Of a stretch of 64,000 bases of DNA, positions 20,613-30,717 are shown piece after piece (the stretch's first letter is position 1; every line of letters begins with the position of its first letter). The notes under the pieces are model-generated. The model was given only the letters and a program-made list of their open reading frames with translations. It was not told the origin of the DNA and made no database searches. Source of the stretch: Thermodesulfobacteriota bacterium (lineage in GTDB: Bacteria; Desulfobacterota; Desulfarculia; JACQYL01); NCBI GenBank assembly GCA_963675595.2, contig CAXXLZ010000001.1, forward strand, positions 1,664,001 through 1,728,000. The letters are read 5' to 3'. Made by a program: the position numbers and the translations under genes.

Positions 20613-21998
20613 TCACGGGGCGTTGCGCACTACGCGAAATCCAACGTCAAGGCTCTTGTAGGTTTCGGAGTTCTCTCGCCGGTTGGCGGACCGGCAAGAT
20701 CCCGTGACGTCCCGCAAAGCGCCCCCCCTCCTCACGCGGTAGGAGCCGGTCTCGGCCCCGGTGGGGTCCACGGCCGCGTCGGCGCTGTAGGCTCCATACC
20801 AGTCCTGACACAGTTCCCAGACATTGCCGTGCATATCGTACAACCCCCAACCGTTTGGGGCCTTTTGGGCCACGGGATGGGTGGTCAGCTCCGCGGTGCC
20901 GCAATACCAGGCTATGGCGTCCAGGTTCAAATCCGCGCATCCGTCGTCGAGTATCTGGCCGTTGGAATAGGCGGTGGTCGAACCGGCTCTGCAGGCATAC
21001 TCCCACTCCGCTTCCGTGGGAAGTCGGTAGGCGCCCTCTCCGAGCGCGTTCAGTAAAGAAATGAATTCCTGAGCGTCCTGCCAAGTAATCCGTTCAACGG
21101 GACAATCATTCCCACAGGCGCTGAAGAAGGAAGGATTCTCACCCATGAGAGCTGCCCATTGGCCCTGGGTGACTTCCGTCGTTTGCATGTAAAAGCCTTG
21201 AGTGAGCGTTACCGAATGTTGAGGGCCTTCATCTTCCTCACGTTGAAATTCGGTATCGGGGCTTCCCATAAGGAAGCTTCCAGGGGAGATGTAGTTGAAG
21301 GTCATCCCCAGGGAATTGGTGTATTCGGAGACCGGCGGCTTGATGTCGAGGTTACACCAAGCGTTGGAGGATACCGAGGAACCTTCCGAAGGGGCTTCCG
21401 CACACCGCTGCATGGTATCTCCATCCCCGGCGGTTCCGAAGCCCATATTTAGGTGATACGGCAACCCGCTGTATTCGTTCGTGTCGATCCCGTCGCTCAT
21501 GTCCGGATCCAGAAAAACGAAATAGGTCACCAAGTCCGCTGTTCCAATGACCAAGGCCGATCCCGTATCATAAGTCTGAACATAATAGTTCATGTTCACG
21601 CTGGAGCAATTGGGCGTTTTCCAGATACCCTGGTTGGCGCTCTGTGCCGGAACACCCACGAATTTGGTAATCTGATGGGTAGCCTCCACGCCAAAAAGGG
21701 TCAGGGTCAGAGAGGCCTCGGATTCCCCGGTAAACTGCACGGAGGCATGATTCCCCTCGCCTTTCAGGTCGTCCGCGTCGAAGCCGTCCAGGTAATTCCC
21801 GTCGATGAACGCATCATAGCGACTCAGGTCCGACGTCACCAGAACCAGCATCGAATCGTTGGCATAGGTTTGTACGTAGACGTTAACCGTCAGATTGGAG
21901 TTCTTCCAGATACCGTCGTAGGCGGCGAAAGCCGAGGGAACGAAGATCGTGCACAGGGCGAGGAGAAAAGCAAAAGAGACTCGTTTCCGGAAATTCAC
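20613..21998 (-). CDS. Secreted formylglycine-generating-enzyme (FGE/SUMF1) family protein with N-terminal duplicated unknown domain
   Basis: Signal peptide ending AFA; FLMGS, TEVTQ, RLPTEAEWEYACRAG, YDMHGNVWE, GFRVV. Confidence 0.88.
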   Translation of the reverse strand: MNFRKRVSFAFLLALCTIFVPSAFAAYDGIWKNSNLTVNVYVQTYANDSMLVLVTSDLSRYDAFIDGNYLDGFDADDLKGEGNHASVQFTGESEASLTLTLFGVEATHQITKFVGVPAQSANQGIWKTPNCSSVNMNYYVQTYDTGSALVIGTADLVTYFVFLDPDMSDGIDTNEYSGLPYHLNMGFGTAGDGDTMQRCAEAPSEGSSVSSNAWCNLDIKPPVSEYTNSLGMTFNYISPGSFLMGSPDTEFQREEDEGPQHSVTLTQGFYMQTTEVTQGQWAALMGENPSFFSACGNDCPVERITWQDAQEFISLLNALGEGAYRLPTEAEWEYACRAGSTTAYSNGQILDDGCADLNLDAIAWYCGTAELTTHPVAQKAPNGWGLYDMHGNVWELCQDWYGAYSADAAVDPTGAETGSYRVRRGGALRDVTGSCRSANRRENSETYKSLDVGFRVVRNAP

Positions 21999-22032
21999 TG
22001 TTGGACCCCCTCGAGGTGACTCGATTCTTAAA

Positions 22033-24189
22033 TCACGCGCGTCTGCCCATTACTCGATTGATGCTCTCGATCAGATTGCGCTTCAAAATCGGTTTCATGA
22101 TCATATCCCGGATTCCGCCACTTTGAGCCTTCTGGTAAGAGATCACTTCGCTGAATCCCGTCGACAGAATGATGGGTATATCCGGGCGAATCCTCTGAAT
22201 TTCGCGGGCCAAGTCGATGCCGGACATATTCGGCATGGTATGGTCCGTAATCACCAAGTCGAATTCCTCGGCTCTGTGCCTAAAGGCCTCAAGGGCTTCG
22301 ATGCTGCTTGTACGGGATACCACCTCAAAGCCTATGCTCTCCAAAATGACCCCTGTCATATCCACCAGAGCCTTCTCGTCATCGACAAAAAGCACTTTGC
22401 CCCGACCCGGAAGCAGCAATGCCGGCTCGGTATCCAACTCCGTACCGGAAAGAGACTCGATCATCGGGAGAAAAACCTGAAACGTGGTCCCCTTTCCGGG
22501 CTTACTCTCCACAAGGATAACACCATGGTGCCTTTTCACATTTCCGTGCACCACCGAAAGCCCCATTCCGGTCCCCTCGTCCGGCTTTTTGGTGGTGAAA
22601 AACGGATCGAAGATCCGTTCCAGGAGCTTGGCGTCGATCCCGTCCCCTTCATCGCTGACGGTCAGTCGGACATAGGGGCCTTCGGAGAGGTCGGAGTGTT
22701 CTGCTGCTTCTTTCTCCGTGAGATTCACGTGAGCCAGAGTGACCTCAAGCACACCTCCCCGTTTTCGCATCGCATGCACGGCATTACTACAAAGATTAAC
22801 GATAATCTGGTGTATCTGCGAAGGATCTGCGATAACGGTGTCGGAAGCAGTCAAAAGGTTCGTTCGAATCTCAATGTTGGGCGGAAGCGTGGGACGGAGC
22901 ATTTTGACGGTCTCTTTGAGCAGAGGAGTGAGACTCAACGGCTTCTTCTCGTCCATTCCCTGACGACTGAAGTTGAGAATCTGATTCACCAACCCTCTGC
23001 CTCTGCTGCAAGCGCCGAGAATCTCCTCCATACGACGTTTCAGGGGCGAATTCTCCGTGGCCCCACTTTGAACAATCTCCGCGTAGCCCATGATGACACC
23101 GAGAATGTTATTGAAGTCGTGAGCGATTCCCCCCGCAAGAGTACCGATGGCTTCCATTTTCTGCGCCTGACGCAGTTGCTCCTCAAGCCTCTTCTGCTCC
23201 GTGATGTCGAACAGGAAGCCGTGGACTTCCTTGAGCCCCCCTTCCTCGTTTTCCAGGGCGATCAAGTTGACGATGACGAATACGGTACGATGGTCATGTC
23301 GGCGATAAACGGCTTCCAGATTCTTCACCCTTTTCGATTCCCGAATCATCCTGCCGACACTTTCCCTTTGAGGACTCTCGAATTCGAGTGAGAGCGCGTT
23401 GACCCGTTTGGCACTCTCAATGGAGTCGGCCCCCAGGATTCTCGCAAACTCTCGGTTGCAGGCCTGGATTTCACCGTCGGAGTCCGCCACGAAATTGCCG
23501 GTGATATCTTCTTCGAACAGAAGGCGATAGCGCTCTTCACTTGAACGCAGAACCTGATGCATGCGCATCCGCTCGTAGATGTCCCGTTTGAGCTGCTCGT
23601 TGGCCAAATACAGCTGCTCGGTGGCCTCCCTAAGACTAGTGGTTCGAGCTTCCACCAAGTCCATCAAACTCGTGTTCAGTTCGTAGAGCCGCTTCTCAGC
23701 CTGCCATTTATAACAGAGAGACATGGCGAGCTGATGGAGCTCGAGCGGTTGAAACGGCTTTCGAATGTAAAGCAGTTTACCCGGGGGCGGGACACGTTGG
23801 TTCAACTCATGCAAACCGATATCCGAAAAAGCGGATGCAATAACGATCTCTATGTTCGAATCAAGCTTTCTTATCTGCTCCGCCGCCCACAGGCCGTCGC
23901 CGCCGGCTTCCATACGGATATCGATGAAGGCAACGCTGTAAGGCTTGTCTTGCTTCACGGCCGAACGGACCTCGTCGACCGCCCCTTGGCTGTCTCGGCA
24001 CAGGGTCACATCGAACCCACAGTTTCCCTGCCCACAATCCCCGTTTCCCCCGGAGTCTGTGGAATGAGCCGTAGTCGTTGATCCCGTTCCGCTTTTGTCC
24101 GACGATAGGACTTCACCGTAAAGCTTGAGCATGTGTAGCTCGTCGTCCACAGCGAGAATCCGGAACGGTTGAGAGTCGTCGGGAGTCAT
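22033..24189 (-). CDS. Hybrid sensor histidine kinase (REC-PAS-HisKA-HATPase-REC)
   Basis: ILAVDDE...DIRM; GGIAHDFNNIL H-box; NLCSNA, D.G.GI, PFFTTK, GTGMGL; C-terminal VDDE...TDHTMP. Confidence 0.93.
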   Translation of the reverse strand: MTPDDSQPFRILAVDDELHMLKLYGEVLSSDKSGTGSTTTAHSTDSGGNGDCGQGNCGFDVTLCRDSQGAVDEVRSAVKQDKPYSVAFIDIRMEAGGDGLWAAEQIRKLDSNIEIVIASAFSDIGLHELNQRVPPPGKLLYIRKPFQPLELHQLAMSLCYKWQAEKRLYELNTSLMDLVEARTTSLREATEQLYLANEQLKRDIYERMRMHQVLRSSEERYRLLFEEDITGNFVADSDGEIQACNREFARILGADSIESAKRVNALSLEFESPQRESVGRMIRESKRVKNLEAVYRRHDHRTVFVIVNLIALENEEGGLKEVHGFLFDITEQKRLEEQLRQAQKMEAIGTLAGGIAHDFNNILGVIMGYAEIVQSGATENSPLKRRMEEILGACSRGRGLVNQILNFSRQGMDEKKPLSLTPLLKETVKMLRPTLPPNIEIRTNLLTASDTVIADPSQIHQIIVNLCSNAVHAMRKRGGVLEVTLAHVNLTEKEAAEHSDLSEGPYVRLTVSDEGDGIDAKLLERIFDPFFTTKKPDEGTGMGLSVVHGNVKRHHGVILVESKPGKGTTFQVFLPMIESLSGTELDTEPALLLPGRGKVLFVDDEKALVDMTGVILESIGFEVVSRTSSIEALEAFRHRAEEFDLVITDHTMPNMSGIDLAREIQRIRPDIPIILSTGFSEVISYQKAQSGGIRDMIMKPILKRNLIESINRVMGRRA

Positions 24190-24476
24190 GATGCTCTTTC
24201 CTTTGGTGATGGCACTATTAGATGCCGCGGCGGGTTGGTCCATCGCGGGGGCAAACCCAACGGACGCTCGGGCTGGAGATGTGGCTAGTTTATAGTGCAT
24301 TATGTACCAAAGGAGAACCCGAAACAAGGCATGCATGCACCGCAGGACGCGGCTCCCCTCCAACATGCCGGACCGGTTCAGGTTCACGAAAAGGTTGGCG
24401 GCCGGTCAAACCGTCTCTGTTTTCCGATGCTCCATTCCTACGATGTAGGTGCCGTCGCCCGGAACTTAGGCAACGG

Positions 24477-25508
24477 TTAAAACGTAAGATCATGCTTCTT
24501 TAAATCGTTCGCTCCATCTCGTGACCCCGCACCCGTGGAACGCACCAAAGATCCGTCCTCCACCTTTTGGTCCAATTGATCCGATTGCTCTTTGCGGAAT
24601 CTTAAGGCGAGAGTGGCCTGTTTCAGGTTTTCGCCGGCCTGCTCGTAATAGGTCGGCGATATTCTAAGCGCTTTCTCAAAGTGCCGGATGGCCTGTTCGT
24701 AGTGCCGATCCATGTAGAGAACATAGCCCAAATTATTATAGGCTCTCGCTTCATCTCCCGACTCTTTAAATGCAGCGAGTGCCTCCTCATATCTCCCCAA
24801 TTTAGCCAGGGCCAGTCCCAGGTTGTTATGGGTCTTTTCATCGTCGGCTCCCGCCTTGACCGCCTCCTGGAACGTTTCCACCGCCATCGCGTAAAGCCCT
24901 TCCAAAGTATAGGCCACACCCAGATTGTTCAATACTTCCGCCTGGCCGGGTTTCAAATGCAACGCCGCCGCGAATTCCTTCATCGCAGAAGTGATTTTCC
25001 GTTCCTGGTTATAGATGATCCCCAAATAATTGTGGACTCTCCATAGAGTGAAGTCCTGTTCCAAGGCCCTGTTGAAATGGCTTTTGGCTTCGTTCAACAA
25101 TCCACTTCGAAGATAGGCTTCGCCCGCGCCCTGATGTGCATCGGCGTTATGCGGTTCTTCCCTGAGGACCATGTCAAATTCTCTTAAGGCGTAATCACCT
25201 TCATTTTCTTTGAGCAGCACTTCCGCTTTCTTCAATCGAAGTCCAATGTTATCGGGACGGTCAACCAATGCCTTGGTGTAATGAAATCGTGCCAGTTGCA
25301 GATTCCCCTTACCATTGTATAGGTCGCCGAGGCGTTCGTGGCTCTCAGCCGAAACATTCACGCTCTTGGCCGGTTGAATGTCTTCCTCCGCAGGCTGTTC
25401 CGGGTGATCCAGCCGAGCGGCTGTTTTTCCGCTCGAGCACCCTACGGCAAACCCCACCAACGACACGCATAAGAGCAAACATCCCACCGTTCCGATCATA
25501 CGCTTCAT
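24477..25508 (-). CDS. tadD: TadD-like TPR lipoprotein (pilotin)
   Basis: Lipobox AVGC, multiple NNLG TPRs, position after tadC. Confidence 0.8.
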   Translation of the reverse strand: MKRMIGTVGCLLLCVSLVGFAVGCSSGKTAARLDHPEQPAEEDIQPAKSVNVSAESHERLGDLYNGKGNLQLARFHYTKALVDRPDNIGLRLKKAEVLLKENEGDYALREFDMVLREEPHNADAHQGAGEAYLRSGLLNEAKSHFNRALEQDFTLWRVHNYLGIIYNQERKITSAMKEFAAALHLKPGQAEVLNNLGVAYTLEGLYAMAVETFQEAVKAGADDEKTHNNLGLALAKLGRYEEALAAFKESGDEARAYNNLGYVLYMDRHYEQAIRHFEKALRISPTYYEQAGENLKQATLALRFRKEQSDQLDQKVEDGSLVRSTGAGSRDGANDLKKHDLTF

Positions 25509-25536
25509 GACAAACAGTCCTCCCTTATCCCGATCA

Positions 25537-26502
25537 TTAACCGTGGGAAAATATCCCCATCACTCGAATTGCGGCCGGTCCCATGATAACCACGAACAAT
25601 GCGGGAAAAATGAAAAACATTAGAGGAAACAACAGCTTGACCGGGAGAGTCGCCGCCTTGGTTTCCGCCTTCTGGTATCGTTTCGTTCTAAGAGAATCCG
25701 ACGCTACGCGCAAAGTCTGCGCGACGCTCAGGCCGAACAAGTCGGATTGAATGAGCAGGGTCGTCAGGCTGGTCACCTCCTCCAATCCCACCCTTGTGGC
25801 AAGATCCTTCAAAGCCTGCTTCCGCTGCTTTCCGGCACGAAGCTCCAAAGTGAGAAGTCTCAACTCATCATGCAAGGCGGCATGATCGGACATACGGTAC
25901 TCATCCCCGACACGATGGATGGCCTGATCGAGTCCCAAACCGGACTCTACGCAGACCACCAACAAGTCCAGAGCGTCGGGAAGCTCTTTCATGATCAGTG
26001 TTTTACGCTTCGCCACTCTATAGCTCAGCCAGAAGTCGGGAAGGTAGAAACCGCATAGCGCGGAGATGATGACCAGCAAAGACTGAATGGTGAAATTCAG
26101 AGCGCTTCCCACGAGGAACATGAAGCCGAATGTAAGCCCGGAGTACAGAAGCATGAAGGCGCATTTGACTCCCCAGAAGATCAGACCCGAGTTGGGGCCT
26201 CGGAATCCCGCCTGCATCAAACGCAGGCGATCGCGCGAAAGTTCCTTCCGGTCTTTGGAGGCGAAGAGTTTGCCCAACTGGTGCACCAAGCCCAGAAATT
26301 GCTCCTTGAGTGCGCTTAAGATCGACTTCGATCTTCTGGAGCCTGATTTGCCTCTCTTACCTCCGCTGCCGGCGGAAACCCGATTCTTGATCCGGCTCAG
26401 CCGGTCCAGGTAGCCGTTGTATTCCAACAGCCCCAGACAGAGTAGAAGTACGGCGAAAAAGGCGAGCAACGAAGACAGTAAAGGTGCACTTGATGCGATC
26501 AT
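25537..26502 (-). CDS. tadC: Tad inner-membrane platform protein
   Basis: ELPDALDLLVVCVESGLGL, KLLFPLMFFIFP. Confidence 0.93.
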   Translation of the reverse strand: MIASSAPLLSSLLAFFAVLLLCLGLLEYNGYLDRLSRIKNRVSAGSGGKRGKSGSRRSKSILSALKEQFLGLVHQLGKLFASKDRKELSRDRLRLMQAGFRGPNSGLIFWGVKCAFMLLYSGLTFGFMFLVGSALNFTIQSLLVIISALCGFYLPDFWLSYRVAKRKTLIMKELPDALDLLVVCVESGLGLDQAIHRVGDEYRMSDHAALHDELRLLTLELRAGKQRKQALKDLATRVGLEEVTSLTTLLIQSDLFGLSVAQTLRVASDSLRTKRYQKAETKAATLPVKLLFPLMFFIFPALFVVIMGPAAIRVMGIFSHG

Positions 26503-26523
26503 TCGGGAGTCCTTTCCCGGGAA

Positions 26524-27486
26524 TCAGACTTTGATGGCGACCATTTTCTTGATCACGACAATACCTACCGCCATAAAAGCAAGGGTACCGGCGATAATCT
26601 TATTCCCCAACGGATGATCAATCAGCTCTTGTAAGTAACCGGGATTCATGGTGTTAAACAAGACCACGACGCCGAAAGGCAGAAGGATGAGTATGAGAGC
26701 GGACAGTCGTCCCTCGGCCGACAAGACCTGTATACGCCCTTTCAGCTTGAATCGCTCTCGGATAATGTGGGCGATGTTGGCAATGATTTCGGCCAAGTTT
26801 CCTCCGGTCTCCCGTTGGATGTTGACGCAGATTATGAAAAACTTGAGGTCCATGCAGTCGACGCGTTCCACTAGCTTCTCGAGGGCAACTTCCATAGATA
26901 CACCGAAGTTGATCTCATCCAGCGTTTTTCCGAACTCGATTCCGATGGGATCTTCGAATTCCTCGGCCACCATGCGCATCCCGTTGAGAAAGGTGTGCCC
27001 CGCGCGCAGAGAACGCGCGATCAGGTCCAAGCCCTCCGGCAACTGAACCTGGAATTTTTCCATTCGGCTCGCCTTCTTACGAATAATCCACACGATGGGC
27101 ATCACCAATACGATAAGTCCAAAAAGCGAGGCGGTGAGGAATCCTAATAAAAAGCTGGTAATGTAGAAGCAGACCACGCCGGCCAAAACTGAGATCGAAA
27201 TGAACGTTGCGGGCTTATAGGAAACCCCGGCCTGCTGAAACAGAAGGTCCAGCCGTTTCATCCAGGATCCGGTGGAAGGAAAAGTGCTGAACCAATTCAG
27301 CTTATTGAAAGCGTCTTTTCGGAGAATGGAAGGAAGACCGCCGAATCCTCCTTCCTCTTTCAGAAGAGCCAACCGCTGTTGGACCGTCCTCCGATCTCCC
27401 CGTCCATAAATCTTGACCAGGGACCACGCCCCATGGACCAAGAAAAATCCTGAAACGGCACAGATCAAAGCGATGAACGTATTCAT
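26524..27486 (-). CDS. tadB: Tad inner-membrane platform protein
   Basis: QLPEGLDLIARSLRAGH, QRETGGNLAEI, LSAEGRLS. Confidence 0.93.
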   Translation of the reverse strand: MNTFIALICAVSGFFLVHGAWSLVKIYGRGDRRTVQQRLALLKEEGGFGGLPSILRKDAFNKLNWFSTFPSTGSWMKRLDLLFQQAGVSYKPATFISISVLAGVVCFYITSFLLGFLTASLFGLIVLVMPIVWIIRKKASRMEKFQVQLPEGLDLIARSLRAGHTFLNGMRMVAEEFEDPIGIEFGKTLDEINFGVSMEVALEKLVERVDCMDLKFFIICVNIQRETGGNLAEIIANIAHIIRERFKLKGRIQVLSAEGRLSALILILLPFGVVVLFNTMNPGYLQELIDHPLGNKIIAGTLAFMAVGIVVIKKMVAIKV

Positions 27487-27500
27487 ATTCGTCGCCTCCG

Positions 27501-28892
27501 CTATCCGAGTCTGCCCGGGTTGAACAGGTTCTGAACAAAGGAGACGCCCTTTGCTTCCAGTAGCTCCGCGAACTTCGGTCTGATGCCCATGGCCTTGAAG
27601 TGACCGACCACCTTCCCGTAATTGTCGACGCCCGTTTGTTCGAAGGCGAAGATTTCCTGCATCGAAATCAGCTCCCCTTCCATTCCGGTGATCTCTTGAA
27701 AACTCATAACTTTTCTGCTGCCGTCGGCCAAACGAGATACCTGAATGATCACGTCGATGGCCGACGCAATATACCTCTTCAGAGATACGCCTGAGATGTT
27801 CAGACCGGCCATGGCCACCATGGTTTCGAGTCTCATGAGAGCCTCACGCGGGCTGTTGGCGTGGATGGTGGCGAGAGAGCCGTCGTGCCCCGTGTTCATC
27901 GCCTGGCACATGTCCAAGGCTTCCGCTCCCCGAACCTCCCCGATGATGATTCGGTCCGGTCGCATCCGCAAGGCATTCTTAACCAAATCCCGTGGGGAGA
28001 CTTCTCCCTTGCCCTCAATGTTCGGCGGCCTGGTTTCCAGCCGGACTACATGGTCCTGCTTGAGCTGAAGTTCGGCGGCGTCTTCTATGGTTACGATTCG
28101 TTCCTTTTGCCCGATAAAGCGAGAAAGCACGTTCAGGAGGGTGGTTTTTCCACTTCCGGTTCCCCCGGAAATCAGCACACTCAGCTTTGATTTGACAATG
28201 GCCTTGACTACTTCTCCCACTTCCGGAGTCAACGAACGGTATCCGATCAAATCGTCGAGCTCCAGAGGGTCCTTGGAAAATTTTCGAATGGAAACCGCGG
28301 CTCCATCTATGGCCAGGGGAGGAATGATCACGTTCACCCGTGAACCGTCGGCCAGACGCGCATCAACCATGGGGGACGCTTCGTCCACTCTGCGGCCCAC
28401 ACGGGAGACGATCCGATCGATGATCTTTCGCAGGTGTGACTCGTCTTTGAAACGCGCCGGGGTCAGTTCCAGGACACCGCCTCGTTCCACGTAAATACTC
28501 CGGTATGTGTTCACCAGAATATCGTTGACCGTGGGATCTTTCAGAAAAGGCTCAAGAGGCCCCAGCCCCAACACTTCGTGCTGGATTTCGGTCATCAAAT
28601 TTCTGCGTTCGGCGGAATTGAGCGGAGCGTGCCTGAACTCTTCTCTTAGAATTCGCTCCACGAGTTTGGCGATCTCGGTATGAAGCTCCTCCTCCGACAG
28701 CTTATCCAGGAGAGAAAGGTCCAGGAGGTCAAGCAGCCGACCGTGAATACTCGTCTTAACTTCATGATACGCGTCATCGTTGGTGGATGGACCCGTGGGT
28801 TCCGTCACCTTGGGTACCGCCTGGGAGACACGGGCATTGTGGGGCTTCATGAAGCCTTCGAGGTTCTTGTTCAGACGAGCGGTCAAATTCAT
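27501..28892 (-). CDS. cpaF: Tad assembly ATPase CpaF/TadA
   Basis: [16 protein letters not shown] Walker [23 protein letters not shown]. Confidence 0.96.
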   Translation of the reverse strand: MNLTARLNKNLEGFMKPHNARVSQAVPKVTEPTGPSTNDDAYHEVKTSIHGRLLDLLDLSLLDKLSEEELHTEIAKLVERILREEFRHAPLNSAERRNLMTEIQHEVLGLGPLEPFLKDPTVNDILVNTYRSIYVERGGVLELTPARFKDESHLRKIIDRIVSRVGRRVDEASPMVDARLADGSRVNVIIPPLAIDGAAVSIRKFSKDPLELDDLIGYRSLTPEVGEVVKAIVKSKLSVLISGGTGSGKTTLLNVLSRFIGQKERIVTIEDAAELQLKQDHVVRLETRPPNIEGKGEVSPRDLVKNALRMRPDRIIIGEVRGAEALDMCQAMNTGHDGSLATIHANSPREALMRLETMVAMAGLNISGVSLKRYIASAIDVIIQVSRLADGSRKVMSFQEITGMEGELISMQEIFAFEQTGVDNYGKVVGHFKAMGIRPKFAELLEAKGVSFVQNLFNPGRLG

Positions 28893-28916
28893 GGGTCGTT
28901 CTCCGTCTTCCGAGCT

Positions 28917-30101
28917 TTACGCCTGCGCCGCGGGCTGAGTTTTCCGAAAGACCTTGTTCAGGAAAGTGCCCTTCTTCGCCTCCGGAACCTTGGGCACTTT
29001 GGCAAGATGCCTTGCGAGCCCTCCGATTGCCCGAGTGACCGGGGACTTGGGTGCCACTTCGGCCAATGCGGCTCCTTGATTGATGGCGGACAAGGTTGTC
29101 TGGTAATCGTTGGGGATCTGCCAGAGGATCTCCTGCCCCATGATTTCTTCGGCCTCACTCACGCTGATGTCGCTGCCGCTCAGGTGCCGATTGATGACCA
29201 GTTTGATTTTGTCCCCGAGGGTGACGTCGATGCGTCGATACGTCTCCATGAGCTTCTTGGCATTGGCCAAGCAGGGAAGACTCAACACCAACACGAGTAA
29301 AACGACGTCCGACATATCCAGCACCTTGAGCGTGACGTCGTCGAAACCGCTGTCCGCATCCACCACGGTGTGGGTGAAGGCTTCCTTCAGTACGTTGAAA
29401 AGCCCTTCAATTACCTCCCGGTTCATTACCACGTCTTCGTGCCCCGCTCCGGGAGAAGGCAGGACGGACAAGCCGGAGGAATGCACGGACATAATTCCCT
29501 TGAGAAAGGTGGCATCCAAACGGTTCAAGTTTCGGGCCACTTCCCCCCATGTGTACGAGTATTCCAAATCGAGGAAAAGTGGGATGTCCCCCAAGGGATT
29601 ACGCATATCGATCAAGGATGCGGATCTGGATGAAGCACCGTTGAGTTCGTATGCCAAGTTCACCGCAAGGGAACTGGTGCCGATGCCTCCTTTACTGCCC
29701 ACCAGAGTAACCACATTGCCCAGTTTCATCGGACGAACCTTGGCCGCGTTGGCCACGTAGAGCTTATAACGCCTCAAAGCTTGGGAAACGTCTTCAGACT
29801 GAATCGGCTGCGGAAGAAAATCCTTGATCCCCGCACGCATCGCCCGGATCAGCAGATCCGGTTTGGGGTCGGCGGCCGTAATGGCCACCTCTTCCGCGGG
29901 CTTCTCCCCCAACATACGAAGAAGCTTGGAGAGATCCTTTTCGTCGTCCTTACCGATCTCGTAGATCAGCAGACCTTCCGGAGTCACTCCATTCACGGCC
30001 ACGGGAACAAAACCCGGAAAAGATCGTACAAGGTCTTCCAGGGATCGTGCCAGTTCGGGGTTCTTCATCGCCAGTGTGACGGGAGTCGGTTTGGTTTTCA
30101 T
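28917..30101 (-). CDS. cpaE: CpaE/TadZ localisation ATPase (pseudo-receiver plus MinD-like)
   Basis: AMRAGIKDFL receiver-like N-terminus; KGGIGTSSLAVNLA deviant Walker A; IPNDY. Confidence 0.88.
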   Translation of the reverse strand: MKTKPTPVTLAMKNPELARSLEDLVRSFPGFVPVAVNGVTPEGLLIYEIGKDDEKDLSKLLRMLGEKPAEEVAITAADPKPDLLIRAMRAGIKDFLPQPIQSEDVSQALRRYKLYVANAAKVRPMKLGNVVTLVGSKGGIGTSSLAVNLAYELNGASSRSASLIDMRNPLGDIPLFLDLEYSYTWGEVARNLNRLDATFLKGIMSVHSSGLSVLPSPGAGHEDVVMNREVIEGLFNVLKEAFTHTVVDADSGFDDVTLKVLDMSDVVLLVLVLSLPCLANAKKLMETYRRIDVTLGDKIKLVINRHLSGSDISVSEAEEIMGQEILWQIPNDYQTTLSAINQGAALAEVAPKSPVTRAIGGLARHLAKVPKVPEAKKGTFLNKVFRKTQPAAQA

Positions 30102-30167
30102 AACGCGATCTCTTCCCTCGGTTCCGGGTCCAACGAAAGATCGGGCTCGTTTCCGAGCCCCGATCTC

Positions 30168-30704
30168 TCAGTACTCACAGGGGTGCCAGGGTTCATTCAC
30201 TTTCATGTCCGAACCGTCAAGCACGATTGGGGACGACATTAGACTGCCGACGATGGGGGTGATGGGTTCGTAGTCATAACTCACCACCACCTGCACCGTG
30301 TCACAGGGACCGCCGGCATCACCTTCGTTGGGTGCGCCCCCGGTGTCCATTCCAGGCCAACTCTTGACCTCGATCACGGTGGTTCCCGAAGGCAGCGTGG
30401 AGATCAGTTGACTGGTTTTGTCTACGATCATCTGTATTCTCGTTCCCTCTTCCTCACCCTGTCCGGTAGTGGCGAAACGAGCTCCCGTCTGGGCCGCTTT
30501 CTGGATGGTCAACCAGGCCCTGAACATATTGCCCATTTCGATCGTTCCGAAAATGAACAGGAGTAGGACCGGCAAAAGCATTCCGAACTCGAGGCTAACC
30601 AATCCCGAATCGGGCTTTCTTCCAAAGAAACGCTTTTCGGCATGCTTGGAAGAAACCGGGTGATTTCCGCTTGACCGACTGTTTCGGCGAAATGCAGGGC
30701 ACAT
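30168..30704 (-). CDS. tadE: TadE family pseudopilin
   Basis: G-LVSLEF prepilin motif, AAQTGARFA. Confidence 0.85.
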   Translation of the reverse strand: MCPAFRRNSRSSGNHPVSSKHAEKRFFGRKPDSGLVSLEFGMLLPVLLLFIFGTIEMGNMFRAWLTIQKAAQTGARFATTGQGEEEGTRIQMIVDKTSQLISTLPSGTTVIEVKSWPGMDTGGAPNEGDAGGPCDTVQVVVSYDYEPITPIVGSLMSSPIVLDGSDMKVNEPWHPCEY

Positions 30705-30717
30705 ATCTCCTGCTCCT

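Noticed and set aside
20613-20760. FGE C-terminus as the variable region of a diversity-generating retroelement
   Set aside because: No template-repeat copy and no reverse transcriptase seen in the window; a remote DGR cannot be excluded
10145-23391. Long antisense ORFs 10145..11518, 14320..15855, 15941..17296 and 21949..23391
   Set aside because: They overlap well-supported genes on the opposite strand; typical high-GC shadow frames
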